From: Camelus dromedarius
Lineage: Eukaryota
NCBI RefSeq assembly: GCF_036321535.1
Contig: NC_087447.1
Span: 32,924,001 to 32,988,000 of the forward strand
Direction of reading: 5' to 3'
DNA: 64,000 nt
Under the pieces are notes generated by a model. That model saw only the letters and a program-made list of their open reading frames with translations, ran no database searches and had not been told where the DNA came from. Shown piece after piece: positions 13,239 to 24,905 of this stretch. The position numbers were made by a program, and so were the translations under genes. Numbering within the stretch: the first letter of the stretch is position 1; each line of letters begins with the position of its first letter.

Positions 13239-13390
13239 TTTTTTTTTTTTTACTATTTAAAAAAAAATTTTAAGGGGGCAAGGTAATTAGGTTTATTTAT
13301 TTACTTTTTGATGGAGGTACTGAGGAGTGAACCCAGGACCTCGTGCATGTTAGTAAGCAACATGCTCTACCACTGAGCTACACCCTGCCC
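13239..13390 (-). mobile_element. Camelid-type tRNA-derived SINE nested in L1
   Basis: Reverse complement reads GGGCAGGGTGTAGCTCAGTGGTAGAGCATG...GAGGTCCTGGGTTCACTCCTCAGTACCTCC...AAATAAACCTAATTACC, then an A tail; A and B boxes present. Confidence 0.9.
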
Positions 13391-13494
13391 TTTAAAAGTT
13401 TTTTTAAAATACCATACTGTTTTGATTACTACAGCTTTACAGTATAGTTTTTAGTATAGAATGTGATACCCCCAGCTTTGGTCTTTCTTTCTTA

Positions 13495-13800
13495 TCTTTC
13501 GTAAAAGTCCAGTTCAAATGTTGCCACAGTCATGGAACCTCCCCGATTCCCCAGCAGAAAGAATCTCTCATCTGAACTTCCATAGGCTGGCTGTGCCTCT
13601 CTATGGCACTTAGCACTTCTGGCCTTGAATTTTAGTTACCTTTTGCCCTGCATGTCTTACATCCCCTAATATTATTAAAAAAAACAAAACAAAACAACTT
13701 AAGACTAAGTTTTATCAACCTTCGAGTCTTCATTCTGTAAATCTGGAAGCTTTTCACAGAGTTTCACCCATATTAGGTATCCAATAACTAGAAGGCTTAT
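13495..13800 (+). mobile_element. L2 3' region (its other half is at about 11710-11765)
   Basis: CAGTTCAAATGTTGCC...GGCACTTAGCAC...CATATTAGGTATCCAATAAC. Confidence 0.6.
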
Positions 13801-14829
13801 AACACAGAAGGCTTAGGTAGAAGGAAAGAAGTAAGAAGGAAAGAAAAAGTGAATTGTTGGCAACAGTTCCTATTTGCTTGTTTCCCCTTATATACTCCTG
13901 TCATCTTGGCAGACATGAATAATACAGATTCCTCAGATTGCCTGGGAAAGCAAAACTTTTGTCATTTTTTTTTTCTAGGAACTGCTCTGTAATTTTTCAT
14001 ACCAACCCACCTGGTTTTATTCAAATATTACACTGATCTTTCTCCTTCTCTCAGTATAATGAAATAATAAGACATGTTACAAATAGAGAAAGATTTTATT
14101 TTCCAAGAGGTTCTCAGAATATGCTCTCAATAGTTAACTGCAAACCTGGCAGTGGGTAAAGGCCAGGCAGTGATTTATGACTCAATAAGAATTGAGAGAG
14201 TAATGTGCTTAGTGGCATGAGTTAAAATAATGTTGTAATGCTCCAAATCTTTAAAGTTCAACAATTTAGGTTAAGGGAAAGCAAGTTGTAGTTGATAAAC
14301 AGATAGTGTCTCAGGTATCTGGAAGGACAATCAAACTAATGATGAACTGAGTCAGAGGCAGAAAGGGGTTTGCTAATCAGGGAAAAGAGTCAATTGAATT
14401 TTTTCCAGAGACTGGAAGTATTTGCTGAACAGTGAGTCAAAGCTAGTCAGAGGGGTTTGAAAAAGCAGACAGTAGGCTTTGTGTCTTGCTTCTCGGAGCT
14501 TAGACAGCTCAAAGGCCATCAGGGAAAAATATATATATACCTGTCTTGCTCTCCAATGATTCTAATGCTGAAGTCACTCCTGAAATTGAACTCAACTGAA
14601 CTCCATGGGCTCTAGGGATAGGCTAAAATACATGTTTTAAACTTTGTCTCATTTCTATTGGCTGACAAGAGTCAACATGGACTCTCAATATGAAGTCAAA
14701 AATTTAATTTTTTAGACTTCAATTACAGCTTTATATACTCAGTTAGGAGCCTGAATATACTGGCTTTTCACATACTCATGCACGTGTCTGAATGTGTCTG
14801 TATGTGTGTGTCTGTTCAGTGAGGTGATG

Positions 14830-15030
14830 AACTTGGGGATCACACAGAATTGGTTCCGTGTCTCTTTACAGTTATTGACCTTGGATGAGCCCTTAGGCTC
14901 TCAGAGGTTCTTTATTTCTATAATGAGAACAATGCTGGTCCCTTCCTCACTGACTTGCTGCAATTACTGAATGTGATAATAAATATACAGTGTAAGTAAA
15001 CAATAAATGATCGCTATTATATTATTATAT
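14830..15030 (+). mobile_element. MIR SINE
   Basis: TGACCTTGGATGAGCCCTTAGGCTCTCAGAG...TATAATGAGAACAATGC...CAATAAATGATCGCTATTATATT. Confidence 0.7.
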
Positions 15031-15649
15031 CACGTTCACTTAACCTTTGAAATTAGTTTCAGTTATTTAAAGTCTGTATCATTGAAGGGAAATGTCATGC
15101 CTTTGCCGTTTATTAACCAACATTTCTAGCTCACCAGCTAGGAAATATGGCTCGATGGATCAGAAAGATCTAAGAATAAATCAAAAAGGGGCACAGACCT
15201 AAAGAGTTTTATTAACGTGTATTCTAGTGGGCAAGATTGAAAAAATGGCAAGCCTGATAATTTTACCTCAGGCTCAGTTTTATTCATATTCCCCAGGCTT
15301 ACTTTCCCCTGACCTTCTGATTTCATTTTCAAGCCTATAATCTTTTTCTCAAATACAGAGAATAAGGCCATTGAATAGAGCCTCAAAATGAGTGGAACAC
15401 AATATGATCCATGTACAGACCCACTTTTTTTCCTCGAAATTTTCCAGCTGAAAAGACTGACAAACCTTAGCAATTGGTGAGGAAGCAAGTCTGGGTAGAA
15501 TTTCTCTGAGGATTTTTGCAGCCTTAACCAGATGTGCTCTTATCTTGGATTTGGGTATGATCCTTTTTCTAAATATAATGATGAGGACTGATGGCAATGA
15601 ACATTTATAAGAGACTATCATGTACAAAACAGCCTGCTATGTATCTTAT

Positions 15650-16590
15650 ATTCACCACGGTGTTTAATTTTCACAACAATCATGGTGATGATACTACTAT
15701 TTTTATCATCTTACAAGTGAGAAAAGTGAGACCCAAAGAGTTTAAATCAACTGTCCAAGAGACACAATAGTAAGTGGCAATGCCAGATCGAAGTTCTAGA
15801 GTCAGAGCCCTTAACTGCTGCACAGTACAACCTCTGGATCAAGACCTCTTAGCCAGCATGTTCTGAGCATCCACTCTGCTCTACTATGCCAGATGCTGGC
15901 AATATCAAGATGAGTAAGGCATGGCTTTGGTCCTGGAGGAGCTCACAGCCTAGTACAAGAGGGAAACACTTAAATGCACGTCAGCGTGACATGGGAAGCT
16001 CTGATCATGAAGATGCATGGACTGCCAGGGAACTATGCAGGACAGGGACCACCACTGACCTGGAGCTGGCAGAGCAATGTCATAGAAGGGGTGACATTAA
16101 AGCTGAGTTTACAAAGAGCAAGAAGACTCTGGAGTACATATCAGGTCATTTAAAACATGAAGACAAAAAATATAACAAGAAGGGTACTGGGAGACCTACA
16201 TGTGTGGCTGAAATACATAATCAAAGGTAAGAAAAAGCAAGAGATGAGATAGAAGTGGCCACGTCACAGAGAACTTAAAGGAGTCACACTGCGAACACTG
16301 GACTTTACCCTTCTGAGTGCAGGCGAAGGGCGCCACTGAGGCTTTCGGCCAGGAGAGCGATGTGATTACGTTTAAATCTTAGAGGCGTTCTTCTGGAGAC
16401 GGTAATCTTAGAAAGATCAGTTTGCACCAGCTTTGTGAACTTGGTCCCTTCCTTACTTCAATTCTCCGTTTGTAAAGTGAGAATAAAGAGTAACTACCTC
16501 ACTAGGGCGTTAAATGCCTTCATGTAGAAAACCACACGTGCAAGTACCTGGCATAGAGTCCGCCCTCAGTAAGCCTTAGATATTATTTAC
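15650..16590. mobile_element. MIR (-, 15650-15830), L2 (-, 15860-16400), MIR (+, 16420-16590)
   Basis: GAGAAAAGTGAGACCCAAAGAGTTTAAATCAACTGTCCAAG; GAGTAAGGCATGGCTTTGGTCCTGGAGGAGCTCACAGCCTAG; GTAAAGTGAGAATAAAGAGTAACTACCTCA. Confidence 0.65.
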
Positions 16591-18261
16591 CTTTTTATTG
16601 ATGAAGGTAAAAAGGCATTAATCAAGTGCTACCGCTCATTATGCTCTTCAGAAGAAGAACCCAAAGAAGGGGTGGTAAGTGCCATCACTGATAATACACT
16701 GCATTCAGAGGCCCACTGTGTGTCCCAATCCAATGTAAATAAGGGGGCAAATAAAGCAACCTAGAAATGCAGAAACAGCACAGAGATACGTACACGTTTA
16801 AAACGCCTTTAGATTCAGGATGCTGCAACACAGCATCCTCCCCTTTGATAGCACACCTTACTTACCTGAGAGGCAATGCTTACCCTACTGCACTGTCATC
16901 ATTGTTTTAAAGCTGTACCAGGAAAGCCTTGGGCTTTGAGAAACTTGAAATCAGGTTCCCTATCTTTGCATCCATAAGCTTAGAAAGGTGGGTGTCGTAT
17001 CTTTTCCTGTTGGTGGAGTAATTCACATTTTAACTGAAATGCAAGCAAAGGGGAATGGGAAAGGCAGGCTATTCCCCTGGGTTCTGACTCCAAGCTACAA
17101 AGAAGTATGGCAAAGAAGATTACAGTGAGCAGAGCAGGGTTTAGGAATCTCATAGATTTTTTTTTCCTGAAATTATGGAATTCTAGGACTGGAAGAAAAC
17201 CCAAGGGCCACTTTCCAACTGAGGCTGCTGGACTTTCTTTTTGTTTAAGTGAAGGAAGGGTACCAGGTACTTTTGCAAAACCCTTCTTGCAAATGGAGTT
17301 CAATCCAGTCATTTCCATTTCTAGGACTCATGCAGAATCTGCTGAAAAAACCAAAATGGTCCTGTAATTGCATGGGATTTGGTCTTCTAGCCATTCTACT
17401 TACATGTTATCTTAGTCCAGAAAAATGTGGACATGTTTTCATAGAAAATAAGCAGGTCCTTGAAAATTCCATAGATAGTGTTATCTATAATTTGACTGAT
17501 ATTTACTCTCATTTCTATTAGCTCAGAGATCCTTGGCATTTCTGTGAAGTTCTGAAAATGTCTGTTCTTCTAGCTCATGGATGAATGGAATCTGACTAAA
17601 AAAGCTCAGAATTCCCAACAGGAAAATATTTCAAGACTCTGAAAGCAGAGAAAAGTTATTTCACATCTAATTTGTCTGTTCACTGTCTTTCCAGGCAGAG
17701 TTCCTCGGGAGAACTTTGGTTCATCTGTTCAAACATGCTTTCTGATTGAAAAAAAAAAAAACAAAATCACCCCCATTGACAGAACCTGTCTCTAGGTGGA
17801 CATCCACTTTGCCTATCTTCCCCACAGGGCATCATGGCTCCTGGGCCTCCTCTGCCCCACCCTCACCCTAGTACAACTTTCCTATCTAGAGATGGCTCTT
17901 AAATATTTTCAACCGTGGCCCTGTAGTGGTGCTTTTAGATAGGGCTTCCACCCAAACCACTTCATCTTTTTTTCACTTTCCAGACAAGTAGTAACTTACT
18001 ACTCAGTTGACAAACTGAAACTTGCCACTATAGAAGCAAACTGAGGATTGGATATAGACAATTCATATTTTTAACTGAAATTCAATTAGCTAAAAGTTTT
18101 CTAACTGACAAATTATTGACCCAAAATAATGCCATTACAATTATCATCACTACTAAAGGTTAGGCAAACAAAAAAATCACAAGAAAATATGACATTAATA
18201 AAATAGGTATTAGTAGAGCTAAATTAGTGGTGTTTTATAATTAAGAATCAAAAAGTATAGT

Positions 18262-18420
18262 GGGGGAAGGTATAGCTCTATGGTAGAATGTGTGCTTAGC
18301 ATGCACAAGGTCCTAGGTTCAATCCCCAGCACTTCCATTAAAATAAATAAACCTAAATACCCCCCTACAAAACAAACAAAAAAGTGGAAAAAAAAACCTA
18401 AAAAACAAAAAATAAACAAA
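18262..18420 (+). mobile_element. Camelid-type tRNA-derived SINE
   Basis: GGGGGAAGGTATAGCTCTATGGTAGAATGTGTGCTTAGCATGCACAAGGTCCTAGGTTCAATCCCCAGCACTTCC with AAATAAACCTAAATACCCCC and an A-rich tail; TSD AAAAG(T/A)ATAGT at 18251-18261 and 18420-18430. Confidence 0.92.
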
Positions 18421-19479
18421 AAAGAATAGTAGTAATTAAAAGCCATAACCAACCTGAAACACTTGTACTATTCAGTTAACAAAGCACCATTCCCGCAAAT
18501 TCTAAGAATTCCGTCTGTGTGAGTTGTGGCATTTCAACATGACCTGAACTTTGGTGGCAGCCAGAGATTTCAGGGGAATAATGAACTGATTCTTGAATAA
18601 ACTTGAGAAATGTCCAATTCCACAATAGAAACAGCAAGTATTAGTAAGCCTTAATACATATTTTAGCGTGTTAATTGCTATTAGCCTTTGGCCAATGCAG
18701 TTGAGGACAATACCATTGTTGGTTTCATTTTCAGTCTACTAGGAAGCTTACCAATGGGACTTAAGATACATATTTCAGATATATTTTGAGAATCTCTATC
18801 CCAGAGCTATTTTCAAACTGTGTTTACTGGAGCCTTACAAGTTGCAAGGGGGCTTATGGAAAGACAGTGGGCTGGAGAAAACTCTCATTTCTTCTCACGT
18901 TGAGGCAGACCAACTCTGCTTTCATTACATAGCAACTCAAGAGTTCTAGGTGATTCTCATTCACCTATTTTAGTGTTTCTCCATCTAATAACACCAAGTC
19001 TGCCCTGTTACTAACAAGCATCTTATAATGCTTCCTTTACTCATTTCCCGAAATAAAATTTAAAAGTAATATAATATACCCACAATCATCTGACAAAAAT
19101 AACATAACCTCTAAATTTAAGATACAAAAGAAAGTAGTTTATAATTAAAATCCATAATCAATATATAAAAGGTGAGCCATGGCTACTCTAGAAAATATAA
19201 TACCGTTAGACACTTACCCTGGATACATTTATATGATGTGTATTGTTTTGTGTATGTGAAATAGGACACCATTCAATTGATTTACTTTCAGTGCTTTTCC
19301 TTAGAGTTGATACTTCGAAGGAAGATCTAAATATGCGCCCCTCTGTCTATCAATCAATCATAATCACCAGGAATGTGACAGCTGCAAATGCAAAACAATG
19401 CAGGTATAATTTTCCTGAGCCACAAATAACATAAGTAGTGTTGCCATCAGTGACATGATTTTCCAAGAAAAATTAGAGC

Positions 19480-19700
19480 ACTTCTTTTCTGCCAGGTACT
19501 GCTCTAAGCACATTACATTATTGACTCATTTAATGCTCGTAATATTTTGAGCTAGGTACTGCTCTTATCTCCAACTTACAGCTAAGGAAACTGACAGACA
19601 GAACAGCTCAGTATGCTGGCCATCAGCACACGCAGCTCGTAAGTGTAGGATCTGGGATTCAAAGCCAGGATGCTTGATTTTAACCCTTCCATTGTACCTC
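19480..19700 (-). mobile_element. MIR SINE
   Basis: GCCAGGTACTGCTCTAAGCAC...ACTCATTTAATGCTC...TAAGGAAACTGA...GGATCTGGGATTCAAAGCCAGG. Confidence 0.8.
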
Positions 19701-19929
19701 AGTGAGCAACTCCTGGTAAAGCTCCTAAGAAAACAAAAATGGACAGTCGTCTCCCAAAATGCAACTGGAGTTACTGCATTTCTGGAAAAAGCAGTGTGTG
19801 TTAAAACTGCATAGGGAATACGACCTGTCACATGTGGAATAAACTGGACTCGAGGCTCAGATATTCACACACTGCTCTTTCATCTACGTGAATGTCTGGG
19901 GAGATACTTAGATCCATCACTTAGGATAC

Positions 19930-20100
19930 AGGACAAGTCTTCACTGCCTGGAACCACCATCCTCAACGTTGCAGGACATCTGACATCCAGGGCTCCTGCC
20001 CAATAAGTAACAAAGTACCCTCTCTAATCACTATGGAAACCAGAACTACCACCACAGATTTCCAGCATTTCTCCTTGTGGCAGGTTCTCCTCCTACTGAT
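19930..20100. mobile_element. MER3-like hAT-Charlie MITE
   Basis: TTGCAGGACATCTGACATCCAGGGCTCCTGCCCAATAAG...TCACTATGGAAACCAGAACTACCACCACAGATTTCCAG. Confidence 0.6.
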
Positions 20101-20119
20101 CATTAGGATCCAAACTCTG

Positions 20120-20285
20120 TTGCCCAGAACCTCTGAGGACATCTTATGCTCTCCCCAAATGCAGTCAGAACAGCTCTGCTTTTATCCATATTATGCACTG
20201 GAGTTCCAGGCAAGATGTGGCCTGGAAAAATACAATCTTTTTTGGTACTTAAAAGAACTTTTTTTTTCAAATCTGTTGCTCCAGA
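20120..20285. mobile_element. Ancient hAT-type MITE (family uncertain)
   Basis: AGAACAGCTCTGCTTTTATCC...CTGGAGTTCCAGGCAAGAT; related motifs occur at about 18910 and, inverted, at about 21620. Confidence 0.5.
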
Positions 20286-22451
20286 CTGAGACTGAATACT
20301 CATCTCTTTTCACTGGGCGTAACAGAAACACCTGCGTGTGGTCCCTACCATCCCTTCCAGTCCTCTTTCCCTCCAGGTAAGCACAGTGCTGATGCCCCAA
20401 TCACCTGTCACTACAAAGAGCTGAAGGGACAGACTGCAGGCACAGCTGACGAACTCAGCCCTCAAGCTGCTAGTTGTCCCTCTGTCCTGAGTACTGTCCA
20501 TGGGGCCTGTGTGCCCCTCATGACTTCAGCTGGTTGGATGCATGTCTGGTCTACTGAACCTCAGTGGTCCTTTGTGATGCTGGGATCCCCATCTGCCACC
20601 AGGGTTTCAGCTGGAGGGCACTGCACTGGACTAGAAGCAAAAATAAGCCTGCTATTTCTAAGGGAGTCCTCAACTGGGGATCAGGAGACAAAGTTCTCTG
20701 CCGCTTATTAGCTGTACGGCCTTGAGCAAATTATGCCCCCCTCTCTGCACTTCAGACTCTTCACGTATAAAGTAAGACTGGATTTCAAGATTCCCAAAGC
20801 CTTTTTTATCTCTGACTCTCTCTGCTCCTCTGATCCTCCCAGTCAACTGTGGGTAGAAAGGCAGCGCCCCAAGGCCAGGTCTGTTGCACAGTCAGCTGAA
20901 GACGAGCAAGAAGGACGTTTCTGGCTCCATGGCTTGAATTTGTTACATTTGTTAAAGGGTTATTCCAACCTCTTTAAAGCATCAGCAGGAGATGGCAGCT
21001 TGAAGGGATGGATGGAATGGTACGAACAATAGCGGTGATAAAAGTGCTTTAAGGAAAATGTGTTTCAGAATGAGCCTTTGCCTGGACTTTATTGTCTACT
21101 TGTTCGGTGCATCCTCCTGGTAACAGAAAGTAACTTGCCTGGGAGGCTGTCCAAGGAATTTTAAAAGAAAGCCTCGTGAATAGACAAGGCTTAGGGAGGA
21201 AGATGAAAAAAAAATGAAGCAGGGAGAATTTTATAAGATGATGATTAAAATGTCAACTATTCCTTCTCAGAAAGAAAATGAAAACGCTGTAATAAGTTCT
21301 GGACAGATGCCAAATGCTACTGTCAGGAGATGGATGGGAAAATGTCACAGCCCATTAGGGGCCGAGTTTCCAGTGAATCATTGGCATGTTGCTTATTATT
21401 AACAGGCCAGGGCTTGGAGTGGGAAGCTTCCAATTTGAGTGTCAGCTTAGCCTCTTACTAACTGGGTGACTTTGGGTATATGACATAATTATTTTACGTC
21501 CCACTTTACTCCTCAACACATCATTATTCCCAGTATTCTCTATCATTAGCTGTTGATACTTTGTGTCAGTAGAACTCCTTTCAAAGTTTAAATCTTGGTA
21601 AGAGTTTTAATACCAGAAATAGATAAAAGAGGAGTTGCTCTCAGACCCCTGCTACTCCCTGCCCTCTGATCCCCAAGGTGGCCCCTAGATCGCCTCTTCA
21701 AGAATATTAGGAATGTTCAAAAACCATCAGGTCCCATCCTCCCTAAGATTTCTTCCTTTCTAAAGTATTCTCTTTCCTGCATTCAACAAACATCTATTGT
21801 GAGGCATCAGACACCAGACTGTGAAGCCAGTGAATGCAACTATCTCTAGGTAGTGACTGTTCTCTGTATAAATTATTAAACTGATACCTGGTTTATAAAT
21901 TAGTCTCCTGCAGTTAGCTACATGTGATCTCATCATTAAGAACATAGGATACCCAACAGTGAATTTCAGATTTTTCAAGTTGCAGAGAAGACAGAGCTCA
22001 GATCATGGTGAACCTTACTAAGGAAAGCACCCCTTTGCAAGGTCCACAACAGACAGACTCAACACCCATGTTCAATAATCCTCTTTTATAATGTGACCCA
22101 TTGGTCCCAGCATTTCCTGGTGAACATCATCAGAGGCAGCAAAGCCTCTGACTAATTTGGAAACAGATTAAATGCATCCATAAAGTCCAGTGATCAAGAC
22201 AGACAATGAAGCCAGAGAATGACTTTTAGCTTCCAAAGAAAAGGATGACTAAACATTAATGAGACTAGTGTTCTCCTGAGCCTCCCAAACTGGCCCTGAG
22301 CTGTCACGCTGAGATTTTTTTGAGCCATCGACATGTCCCTAGAAAATGTGCCTAAATCCAAAGTAGACTGCACTAAAGGAGAAATGTCTATTTGGAGATA
22401 GATTGGGATCTGTTGAAAATGTAGTCTCATTACTAGTTACTAGTTACTACA

Positions 22452-23034
22452 TGTGGCAGTTTTAAAATATAGCCAGAAATTTTTTTTGATACTTTCTAGC
22501 AAGAAGTAGGATGCATAGTATCTACTCTTGATTCACAGGGCTGCCTGTGATAACAAATTTTGTAGTATGACCATAAGTAAATATATGTGATGATGAAATC
22601 TAGATCATTGAGGGGATGCAGCTTCCATTTTGTTTAACTATACACAAGCATTTGGACCTCTGCACACTATGGGAAAGATCTAACTACTCTGACACCACCA
22701 TGCTGCAAAGAAGCCCAAGTCACATGAAGATGTGCAGTTCCTCTGATTGGTAGTCTCAGCTAAGCCTAGCCTTTAAGTTGTCCCAACTCAGGTTGCAGAC
22801 ATGTAAGTAATAAAACCTTCAGATGACTCCAGACTCAGCCATTCATGCCACTTCTTGTCTTTGGAGTCTTTCCAGTTGAGGTCCCAGACATCATGGAACA
22901 GAGACAAGCTACCCGTGCTTGACCTTGCCTGGAATTCTTGACACAAGGAGCCATGAGCAAAATTAAAATGTCATTGTTCTATGCCAGGTGGTGGTGGGGT
23001 GGTTTGTTATGCAGCACCAGATAACCAGACAACA
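22452..23034 (+). mobile_element. MaLR LTR (MLT1G/H-like)
   Basis: Starts TGTGGCAG; CCATGCTGCAAAGAAGCCCAAGTCACATG; CCCAGACATCATGGAACAGAGACAAGC; ends GGGGTGGTTTGTTATGCAGCACCAGATAACCAGACAACA. Confidence 0.85.
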
Positions 23035-24659
23035 GATGAGGTCTGAATTAGGCTCCTCTCAGTGTCAGATGTTGTTCTTATCCCTTAGCTTAGGAATACA
23101 GAATAGGAACCTTTTCAGGGTAGACTTTATCCAATAAAGAAGAAGATAGATCTGACCTATAAATAAGGGACCTTTGCAATATTGTCCCTAACTTAGATAC
23201 TCAGTCCCTAAGGACTGGAAAGCCATCACTTTAGGTGTAAACAAGGAGTCCAGAACTGTAAGACACAGAGAAGCTCCCACATTCATCCATACTGTTCAGT
23301 GACCCTCACTAATGAGGCACACTCATGTGAAGCTCTAATTCAATACAAATGGACTGTTAACAAAATTGATTGCTACAGATCAATTCATTACAAATCAAAC
23401 CACCCAATGACTAATTCTCCAAAAGTCATCAAATACATTTTACTAGGTCTTAGTTTACCACTCTCTTTTTCCCACAGAGCAGAAAGCGGGAGGAGACTAT
23501 CATCCAAATGACAGGTTTTCCTCTTTTAGCATATTGCTAATCCATTTTCACTGCTGGACAGCGATCCGCCACCATGCCCCAGAGGGGCAGGCAGAAGAGA
23601 GGTTCCTAGACCCAGACCCTATGATACAGTAAGGTAATTCTGGATAGGTTTCAGAGAATTACTCAGCAAGTTAATTCTTAGTGAATTTTTCAAGGAACCC
23701 ATCTTTTTCTGCAGTGGTCCCTTTGCCTCATTCAGTCCAGTTTAAAGAGTCTCCGAACTATCATTCCACCCAGAGGCAAGAGCCTCAGTGCAACGGCAAG
23801 GAGGTTTTCATCCTTGCCAACTTTGGAGAGTTTTTATCTTTGGCAACTTTGTAGAATTTTTCTATGGTGGTAAGAAAGGAGGAGAGGCATCCAGCTCTCA
23901 AAATTGTGCCCAGTTCAAGTCTCAGGGAATATGTGCATTTGCCTATGTTAGTAGATGGGGACAGCTCCTTGGGTACACGTGAGCAAAAGTGGTCCCCTTA
24001 ACACTAAGAAGTCACTACCTTTGATTGAGGACCCAGCTTCTGACTGTATCATTCTCCCTAAATTCACAAAACCATAAACCCTGCTAAACTATAGCACTGC
24101 ATTTAACAGCTGGTTGGACTAAGCTAGGGAGCAAGCACGCGTATCAGCATCCTTCACGTGGAAAGAGTGTAAAATTCCAGATGGAGTGCAGCGGTATCTG
24201 CTGCCTTCCTCCTTATGTATATCTGACCCAGTGTGCTTCCCCTTATTTAATTCTAATTGTATGAACCAACACATTGAATAAAGTTCCATGGCCCCATTTA
24301 ATGAAATTCTCTCATTCAAACTGAGATGTCCGTATGATGACTGGCCTTTTAAACTCAGCAAGGTTACCCCCGCCCTCAACACTGTGATTGGCAGATTAAA
24401 AACAAGCCACAGACAGCATCTGGTAGCCCTGAAAAACGCCCCACACTTCTCCCAGTTTACTCTCAGCTCACTGCTCTTGCTCTTGGCTTCTCTCACTTTC
24501 TCGGGTCCTTAGGAATATGCCACTCCATGGAGATCTCTTTTTAGTTTCTTGGTCTTTGCTGTCTCCTTGGCACCTGCTGAACCACACTTGCTGATTAAGT
24601 CCCAGATTAGCACTGTGATTACAGAAGCTATCTGCCTTCAAGTCGTCTTCCACTGCTCC

Positions 24660-24850
24660 TCAGTCTTGTTACCTCTGGTAAGGTGCTGAAGCTCTCTGTG
24701 CCTGTGTCTCCTCAGCTTCAAAATGGGGCTGATAATAGTACCGACCCCCACCCCCAAAGGCTGTTGTAAGAATTAAGAGAGACTTTTTAGCTAAACGTCC
24801 GTAAGACAGATCCAAGCGCAGAGTGATTACTTAATATATGTTAAAACCTG
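24660..24850 (+). mobile_element. MIR SINE
   Basis: CTCTCTGTGCCTGTGTCTCCTCAGCTTCAAAATGGGGCTGATAATAGTACC...GTTGTAAGAATTAA. Confidence 0.8.
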
Positions 24851-24905
24851 CTGCTGCTGCTAACTCCAGCCTACCAACAACGGGAGGGGGACTGAAACCT
24901 TCTAT

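Larger units (their letters stand above)
11767..13495 (-). mobile_element. L1 3' about 1.6 kb (ORF2 C-terminus and 3'UTR), inserted in an L2
   Basis: poly(T) at 11767, then AAGTATAGTTCACTTACAATATTG and continuous antisense L1 (GGCTGAGTAATATTCCATTG, ACATTCCCACCAACAGT, TTTGCAAATATCTTCTCCCATTC). Confidence 0.95.

Noticed and set aside
18262..18336. tRNA gene (also at 13.3 and 26.8 kb)
   Set aside because: A and B boxes are present, but the A-rich tails, TSDs and divergence between copies show these are SINEs.
19305..19410. Plus-strand exon candidate (TTTTCCTTAG...CAG|GTATAA)
   Set aside because: Weak donor, unrecognisable peptide, and adjacent to transposon debris.
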